A stretch of 54,330 nucleotides of DNA, counting the filler, from Jimgerdemannia flammicorona (taxonomy: Eukaryota): assembly GCA_003990765.1 (NCBI GenBank). It is 3 parts of 3 records of this genome, joined end to end, with 100 filler letters (N's around TTAATTAATTAA, not from the genome) between each part and the next. Parts side by side here need not be neighbours in the genome. Positions count along the whole stretch, not along the records: positions 36,291 to 54,330 come from RBNJ01002322.1; 2 more parts are not named here. One strand, given 5' to 3'. How positions within the stretch are numbered: position 1 is the stretch's first letter; each line of letters starts with the position of its first letter. Under the pieces are notes generated by a model that searched no databases, was not told the DNA's origin, and was given only the letters and a program-made list of their open reading frames with translations. Of this stretch, positions 47,009 to 54,330 are shown in pieces. A program made the translations under genes and the position numbers.

Positions 47009-49884
47009 GATGTGGGAAGAGGTATATCTTGAGGTAATTGATGTGTACTGGTGTTCTCAGGGTTTATCCATCCATGCTTCTTAAATAGATGCTGGTTCCT
47101 CTGATATTATGTACAAGATAAGGTCCTTCCCATTTGGGCTCCAATTTGGTGGCAAAGTTTGTTTCAATCATGCTTCTTCAAACTAGTACTTGATCTCCAA
47201 TCTTGATCTCCTGATCCTTCTGTCTTTGGTCATAGTACTTCTTTTGCTTTTCTTGGACTTTGATAATCTGATCTCAGGTCTGATTATGTAACTGTTCTGC
47301 CTTCTTGAGAAGATCTCCAAGATTCTCATGGTCAGCAGTTCTCATTTTCTTGGCAAACATCATTTCAAATGGCTTTTGTTTGGTTGAGGCAGTAGGGGTA
47401 TTCCAAATTTCCCATAGGATCTCAGGTAAGTAGAGATCCCAATTGGTAGAATTGACTTAGACAAGTTCTTTCTTGATGGTCTGGTTCATTCTTTCTGTTA
47501 TGCCATTGGTCTGGGGATAATATGATGTGGTCTGTTTGAGATATATCTTGTGAATTTAAGCATAACTTATGATTATGTTGTTGACAAATTCTGTGCCTCG
47601 GTCAGAGATGAGTTCTTCTGGGGGTCCATATCTGAGTGTGAGTCCATAGAGAAGGCCTACTATGGTTAGAGCATTAGCAATTTCCATTGGGAAAGCCTCA
47701 GGCTACTTGGTCAGATGTTCTACAAATACAAGGATATATTTTTTTCTTCTTGGTATAACTAGTAGAGGTCCAATTATATCTATTCCCCATCTTTGAAAGA
47801 TGTGAGTGGGTGGGGGAATTAGTTGCAGAGGGGCTTGATAGTTCTTCTTTCCTTGATACTTCAGGCAGATGTCACATTTCTGAATGATGTCTTGGACTTG
47901 GGTTCTGAGGTGGGGCCAATGTTGATATTGTTTTCGAATCTTGTCTTCTATGCATGTCTATCCTTGGTGGGCTTTCTGATGTTCTTGTCAGATGAGATCT
48001 TCTTGTTCCTTAATGGTCTGAGGAGCTTCCTTTAGGGTGTAGTTCCTTGGGACACCCTTCTTCTGATTTATTAAGACTGTCAGGAAAGTATATCAACATT
48101 GTTGTGGGCTTTCCCTGCTTTGTGAATAATGGTGATTTTGTAATCCTAAAGGATAAGGATCCAGCAGGCTAGGATTCCAGTGAGTTTCTTGCAGTTGAAT
48201 AGCTATTTGAGGGCTGCATGATCTGTGATAAGAGTGAATCTTTTTCCAATAAGGTAATGCTTGAACAGAGTGATCACCCATATGACTGCAAGACATTCCA
48301 GTTTGGTGCTACCATAGTTCATCTGCTGCTGGTTGGTAGCTCTGCTTGTATAAGCTATCACATAGTGCTGTTGATCAGGTCCTTCTTAGGACAGAACTGC
48401 CCCAAGACTATCTTTAGAAGCATCTGTATACAAGATGAATGGCTTCTGTAGATTGGGGCACACAAGGATGGGTGCTCTAGTCATGCAGTTCTTGAGTTCT
48501 CTGAAGGTTTTTTCCTGTGATTCTGTCTATTTGAATGGTACTCCTTTCTTGAGAAGGATTCGGATTGGGGCAGCAATTTGGGCAAAATCCTTGATAAACC
48601 TTCTATAGTAGGATACTAGCATTAAGAATGATAGTGTTTCCTTTAGAGTCTTGGGTACTGGCCAATTGTTGATCTTCTTGATTTTCTTTGGGTCTACATG
48701 AGTTCCTTCTTTTGAAACCATGAATCTTAGAAATTCAAGTTTCTGTTTCCCAAAGTAGCATTTCTTTGCATTCAATCTCAAGTGATTCTTGTGGGTGAGC
48801 TTGAAGAATTCCTCTAGGTAGTGCAAGTATTCTTCAAAATTTGTTGAATAGATGTTGGAATCGTCTATATATACAATCAGACAGTGGTGGATCAAGGGGG
48901 CATAGACTGAATTCATCATCCTCTGAAAGGTGGGGGGTGCATTGCAGAGTCCAAAGGGCATTCAGAGATATTCAAACAGTTTTCCTAGAGCAAGGAAGGC
49001 TGTCTTTTGAATGTTCTTGGGGTCCATAGGGATCTTATGGAATCCTGCAAAGAGGTCTATACTGCTGAAGTATCTGGCATATTGTAACTGATCCAAGAGA
49101 TCATTGATTCTGGGCAGAGGATAGGCATCCTTTTTAGTAACTGAATTGAGTTTCCTATAATCCATGCAGAGTCTCCATCCTCCTCTCTTTAGTACAATAA
49201 GTATAGGGCTGGCACAGGGGCTGGTAGAGGGTTGGATGACTCCATTGTCTAAGAGTTCTTGGATGTGCTCTTTTTCAAATGTTTTCAAGTAATGGGGTAT
49301 TCTATAGGGTTTCTGCCAGATGGGTGTTGCATTTCCTGTATTTATACTGTAGTGATATAATGGATTGTATGGCAGATTGCCATAATCAGTAGTGAAGATA
49401 TCTTGATATTTATACTAGTTATTATTGTTGTTGAGGTGTCAATTCTTCTCTAATATTGGTGGAAGGCTTCACTGTCTCCTGGGTCACAGAGGGGCCTTTC
49501 CTTTCTTCTGGGACCTTTTGCCATTTCTCAATAGGTTTAGTTCATAAACTTCCCTATGAGTTTGGTTGAGAAAAGGTACCAGATATCCTATGATGGTTCC
49601 TTTTGACAAGATGATGGTCTCTCTACTTTGGTTGGTTGCTTAGGAGTGTACTGGATTCATCTTGTCAGGAAATGTATGTCCCTCTATGTCCAGGTGTAGG
49701 ATATCTTCCTTAGGTTCAAAGAAAAGGTTTCTGGGGTTGGGTGGTGCAAAGATTTCGAAGGTAGTTTGTTCTCTGGGCTCCAGGATGAGATTCTTGTACA
49801 GTCTGACTGATTGCCAGTACACTTGCTGGGGAACATTCCTCTTGAGATGGTTGACTTGAAGGAGATGTACCTTCTTCCTATCTG

Positions 49885-50275
49885 AACTTCCAAATCTCTT
49901 AGCTTGTCTTGTTCCTTCAGTTAGTTCAGAGACTTCCTGTAACTGTGGGGTCTTGACCTTCATGTAGACTGCTTGGGCAATCTTCTGTCCTCTAATGATT
50001 TGGTACCATTCTGCACTGCTGTTATATAAGATAACCTTGATTTTGCCTATATATCCTGGGTCAATGGTTCCTCCTTCCACTATTATTCCTTGTCTGGCAA
50101 GTCCAGACCTTGAGGTCAGTTGGATATAAGCTCCTTGGGGTGGCTGCATGGCTAGTCTGATTCTGACCATAAAGGTTTTTCTAGGCTTGATAGATTCGTC
50201 CTCCAGACTGTGAAGATCATATCCTATATTCTCAGGGTGGACTTTGGTTGGGGGTTTGGTCTTGGGGTGCAGCAG
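49885..50275 (-). pseudogene. dUTPase domain in the pol of copy B
   Basis: ENIGYDLHS, LTSRSGLA, GGTIDPGYIGKIKV, GQKIAQ, TRQAKRFGSS. Confidence 0.9.
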
Positions 50276-53200
50276 GGCATACTAGGCAATATCCTTGCTG
50301 AGTTCAGGCTTTTCTAAGACTGAAGCTCTACTAGCAGAAAGCCTCCAAGCTCTAAGATTGAGGTGTAGCCATCTGGCTCCAGTAGAGGGGTCTTGGAGGT
50401 AGTTGATTCTCCTCCTTCCTATAGGGTCAAGGGCTTCCATGAAGTTGGTGATATCTTCTGCCCATCCTTGGTGGGTTGCATATCTGATGAGAGCTAGGAT
50501 GTCTTCTCTCAAATTATAGATCTTGAGGATTCTTTTCTTGGGCTTCTTGGTCTGACTTTTTTGAATCTGGCTTTTTCAGATCTGGCTTCAGTTATCTCCT
50601 TTCTTCAAAGTATACACTGCAATATCATAACTGAAGTGAATCTTCTGATGTCTGCAGTCTCAGCAGTCAGGGTGTCTCCCATGATTGCAATATCCCATTG
50701 CCTGAAAATGATGTTCCTGGCTATTTATCTCTTGTTTTCTTGGGAATTGGTACCCATCTTGATCATAGGTTGGGGGAAGGATAGACAAGGGGTATATTTC
50801 TGTTTGGGTGAAGAAGCTTTGTCCCCTAAATCAACTTTGTAACCTTGTGGTGACTTCTTAAAAGGTGGTAGACTGTGCAAGAGTAGTTGGGGGTTCTGGT
50901 CTCTGGGGTCTCTGTCTTTCTTATTGGTCCAACAGATGACACTAATAGCAGTAGTCTTAGGAAGAGTGGAAGACCATTTGGTGTGGGCATCTTCCTAGCT
51001 GAAAAGCCTTTTCTTGGTGAGTTTCTTTCTTAAGAATAATGGTGATTGTACTGGGTCCTTCTTCTGTATTCTAAGAGTCATTGTCTTCAGGTGGTGTCCA
51101 GCAAGGGTCATCCCAAGGGATGAGTTTGGAGACTTCTTCTTCATCAGGTGCTTCTTGTTCAGGAACTTCTTGGTCAGAAGTTTCTTCTTCCTTAGATGAT
51201 TCTTGACCCCAGATTACTTGTACTACTGCAGCTTTGGTTGCAGGTGTTTCTGGAACATGTCTGCATTTCTTCTTCTTCCTTCTACACTCTAGGCAGGCTG
51301 TGCCCAGCAATTTCCTTATTCCCATAATCTTGGAGGAGTGCTCAGGATACTTGTGTCTCTTGAGACATATAGGGCATCCTTTGGCTTTTCCTGTGATAGC
51401 TCCAATGGTAATAGGGATAGTGTTCTTGGCTCACACATTATCTTCTGGTCAGTTATCCACCAGATTGATTTGGGGATTGAGTCTGGGATCATTTCCATCT
51501 TCAGATTCTTCCTCTTCTTCTGTGGTGGATTCTTCACTGCTGGTATACTCTTCCTGAATAGTGACCTTCTTCTTTTTCTTTGATTGCTCATAGCTGGTCA
51601 CCTTAACCCTATACTTCTTGCCTCGATAATCAAACTTGAGTACTTGTTGGCCGATATCAATAACTGCATTCATTTCCTTCATCCAGTTGGTACCAAGAAT
51701 CATGTCATAGGTGACAGCTTTAGTGACAACAGCTTTGGGGATGGAGAACTGAATGTGTCCAAGAGAGATGGTAATATTTCATACTTCTCCAATGGGTTGA
51801 GTTCGGGCTCCATCTGCTACTATGATGCTGAGGTTGGATGGTCCATCAATGGGCCATTGGAGGGTGTCCAAGAATCATTTGGCAATGATACAGATAGCTG
51901 CTCCTGTGTCTATGAGGATTTTTGCTTTTTGTCCTCCAATATCTCCATATAAGTAGGTGCTGACATGTCTTTTGGCTGCTTGGACAGAGATGGAAGCTGG
52001 TTCTTGCTGTGGGATTGGAACTTGGCTGGTGCTAGACCTGGTGGTTCTCAGCAATTTGTTTCGGACCCCAGCTGGTATTAGTTGTAAGAACTGCAGAAGA
52101 GGGACTTCCATCTTGGCTTCTTGAATCTTCTGCCAGGCTTCATTGTAAATGTCTCTAGACATGGTCTTCAGAGAGTACTTCTTCTTAGGTTTTGGAGCAG
52201 TGGGTTCCCATTCTTCTTGTTTCATTTCTTCATCTTTTGGTAGCAATTCATTTGTCTTGGAGACAAAAGGTAAAGGAGTTCAAGGAGGTGTTTCTACTTG
52301 TTCCTCTTCATGTTCTTCATCCTCTTCTTGGATAATTCTTCTGCTGATGTTCCTGGATGGTCTTTCTACAGATCTCTTTCTTTTCTCTGCTGGATAGACT
52401 GTTTTCTGAGTTGTAACCTTAGTGGGATACAAGTCTAGGTCACTGTAGTCTTCACTGTTGCTTACTTCTTCGAAATCTTCAACAGAATGGGCTTCAGTCT
52501 TCTTGTACTGAGTATCATTCCTTCAGTTTGGTGGTTCTGAGTCCCTTCAGTCACTTCTTTTGTTATCATATTCAGTGGCATAGTGTCTGAATTATCCACA
52601 GTGGAAGTATTGGACTTGGGCTCTGTCTCAGACAGGGTATCTTCTTTTTTCTTGCTAGTAATTCCTGTTATCTCTTGGTAGATAACCTTGGCTCCTCTGT
52701 GGTGGATATCCTCTATTGTCTTAGTAGCTCCAATTTTCATATATAGTGAGTTTTTCAATCTGTCCAACCAATCAGTCCAACTTGGAGCTGAGGTCTTGGA
52801 TTTCACTTCTATCCTTCTTTCCTTCCTTGGCTGGCCTTCTTTCTTTGGATCTTTCTTATCCTTGAAGGAGTCCTTGTAGGGCTTTGACCAGAATGTCTTC
52901 TTTATCTTCTTTCCTATCATGATCACTCCAAGTAGTTCCTTGTCTGACATCAAAGAATCCTTGGGCTATATCTACTTGCTCTTCAGACCTTCTGATACTC
53001 AGGGTGTAAACATGCTGAGTAATGTTTGGGGGAATTCCATTCATGAAGGTCATTGGACCAATGATGTCCTGATTGGTGGCATTGAACCCAGTAGCATACA
53101 TTCTCTTCTGTATTTTTGTGAAGAAGACTCTGGATGACTCTCCAAGATTCATCTTCATCCCCATGATGGATTCTTGAGCCTTGTGGCAGGTTTCATTTCC

Positions 53201-54029
53201 CACATACTTTTCAATGAGCCAGTGAACCATGGCCTCATATTCTAGCTCATCAGACATTGCTGCTTGTATCTGTCTTGCTAGTTCTGAATCTTGGTTATTT
53301 GCTGTTTGATGGAAAATTCCTCTGACTGGTTCTCTGAGCTGAGCTTTGTAGATGGCAATTTTTCTTTCATCTGAGAGATTTCTCAAGGCTGCAATTCCTT
53401 CAATTCCATCAAGGAATTCTCTGGGGTCTTCTTCCAGGTATCCTGCAAAGGTTGATAATGAGGTGGCCATTTTATTGTCACTTTCTTCTGATTCTGGTAC
53501 AAGTTCAGATTCTGATTCTGATTTACTTTCTGAACTGTCACTAGAGATGGGGATGCTTAGGTATCCTGAGGATGGTATTCTGGATCTTGGACAAAGTGAA
53601 ATAGGCCTAGGTATTCTTATAGGAGCTATTTCTGACTCAGTAAAGAGTTGTGGTAAAGGTTCTATTGGTGAGATTGGTGGGATTGGTGTGGGGTGTCTGG
53701 CTGTAAGATCTCAGGTTCACGTGATAAGATCTTCTAGTTCTTGTACAAGTTCTCCAAAATCTCTAGCAGAGCTGCCTATATTGTCTGGTTGATCTGGTTG
53801 GGGATTTCAGGCTGTACTGCCTCCTGCTTCTGGTTGGGATCCTTCTGATGCTGAGTAGTTAGCAAGTCTTGAGGTAATTACTTCTCTTCCTGTCCAAATG
53901 CTAGTGATGACTAGTTCTTCTATAGTGACAGAGGTTGGTGTTGTATTAAATATATCCAGTTTGACTGTGGGTTCTTGTGAGCTGAAAAGTCACATCAATT
54001 TGAAATTGATTCCTAGTTGAGCCTCCAAA

Positions 54030-54330
54030 TATAACATACCTAGCTCAATGGAGGAAAATTACAAGATTGGGGGTTGATGTAGTTTGGCTTAAGCCCTCAG
54101 TTACTTTGTCAAAAAGCAACAAAATGTTCTAAGATTCCTGAGGTCCTTGGTGTTTAGTGGTATAATAGTCAAAGCTGGATATCAGTAAGCAAATTGTGTG
54201 TCGATTTCCTAATTAGGATGGTTCTAGGTGTAGCAGTGATTTGTGTGAATGGTTTCCTTCTTGGGTCAACTGGGAATATCACAATTTGTGTAGTGAGGCA
54301 ATTTCCAAAAGTATGTGATTTCTGGGTGAT
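54030..54330 (-). repeat. 3' end of the 5' LTR of copy B; runs off the window
   Basis: Matches 45219-45520; the terminal CA is mutated to TA; followed by the PBS. Confidence 0.9.

Larger units (their letters stand above)
45219..54330 (-). mobile_element. Ty3/Gypsy LTR retrotransposon copy B, near full length, degenerate
   Basis: Collinear with copy A: 5' LTR (54030 onward), gag from 53470, protease (~51950-51600, ILGTNW), Cys-rich region, dUTPase (~50275-49885), RT (YIDD), RNase H, integrase, accessory ORF, 3' LTR. Confidence 0.95.

Overview
Eukaryotic DNA, almost certainly fungal and probably an early-diverging (Mucoromycota-like) lineage. That assignment is inferred from short GT-AG introns, ARO7, and CigA-like and UPF0658-like genes. 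Two N-gaps carrying an artificial TTAATTAATTAA linker (18049-18148, 36191-36290) split the window, so adjacency across them is unproven. The first ~27.5 kb is mostly CpG-rich and holds a large unknown multi-exon gene running off the left edge, an O-fucosyltransferase-like (CigA-like) gene, chorismate mutase ARO7, two membrane-protein genes, and decayed HSD17B10-like and NB-ARC/ankyrin (NLR-like) genes. The remainder is a CpG-depleted nest of transposons. It contains two copies of one Ty3/Gypsy family (A, + strand, 27666 to the gap; B, - strand, 45219 to beyond the window), an LTR that itself encodes an ORF (D, 36291-37615), an intron-containing hAT transposase with a MITE inside it, and a Tf2-like pol fragment. 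Four observations stand out. (1) The Gypsy family carries a six-cysteine Gal4-like motif, a dUTPase and a 3' accessory ORF whose apparent homologue sits inside the U3 of LTR D. (2) Its ~1 kb U5 contains repeated copies of the PBS complement plus a tRNA D-arm complement. (3) A pair of MITE copies shows RIP-like C-to-T and G-to-A hypermutation. (4) There is an NLR-like pseudogene.
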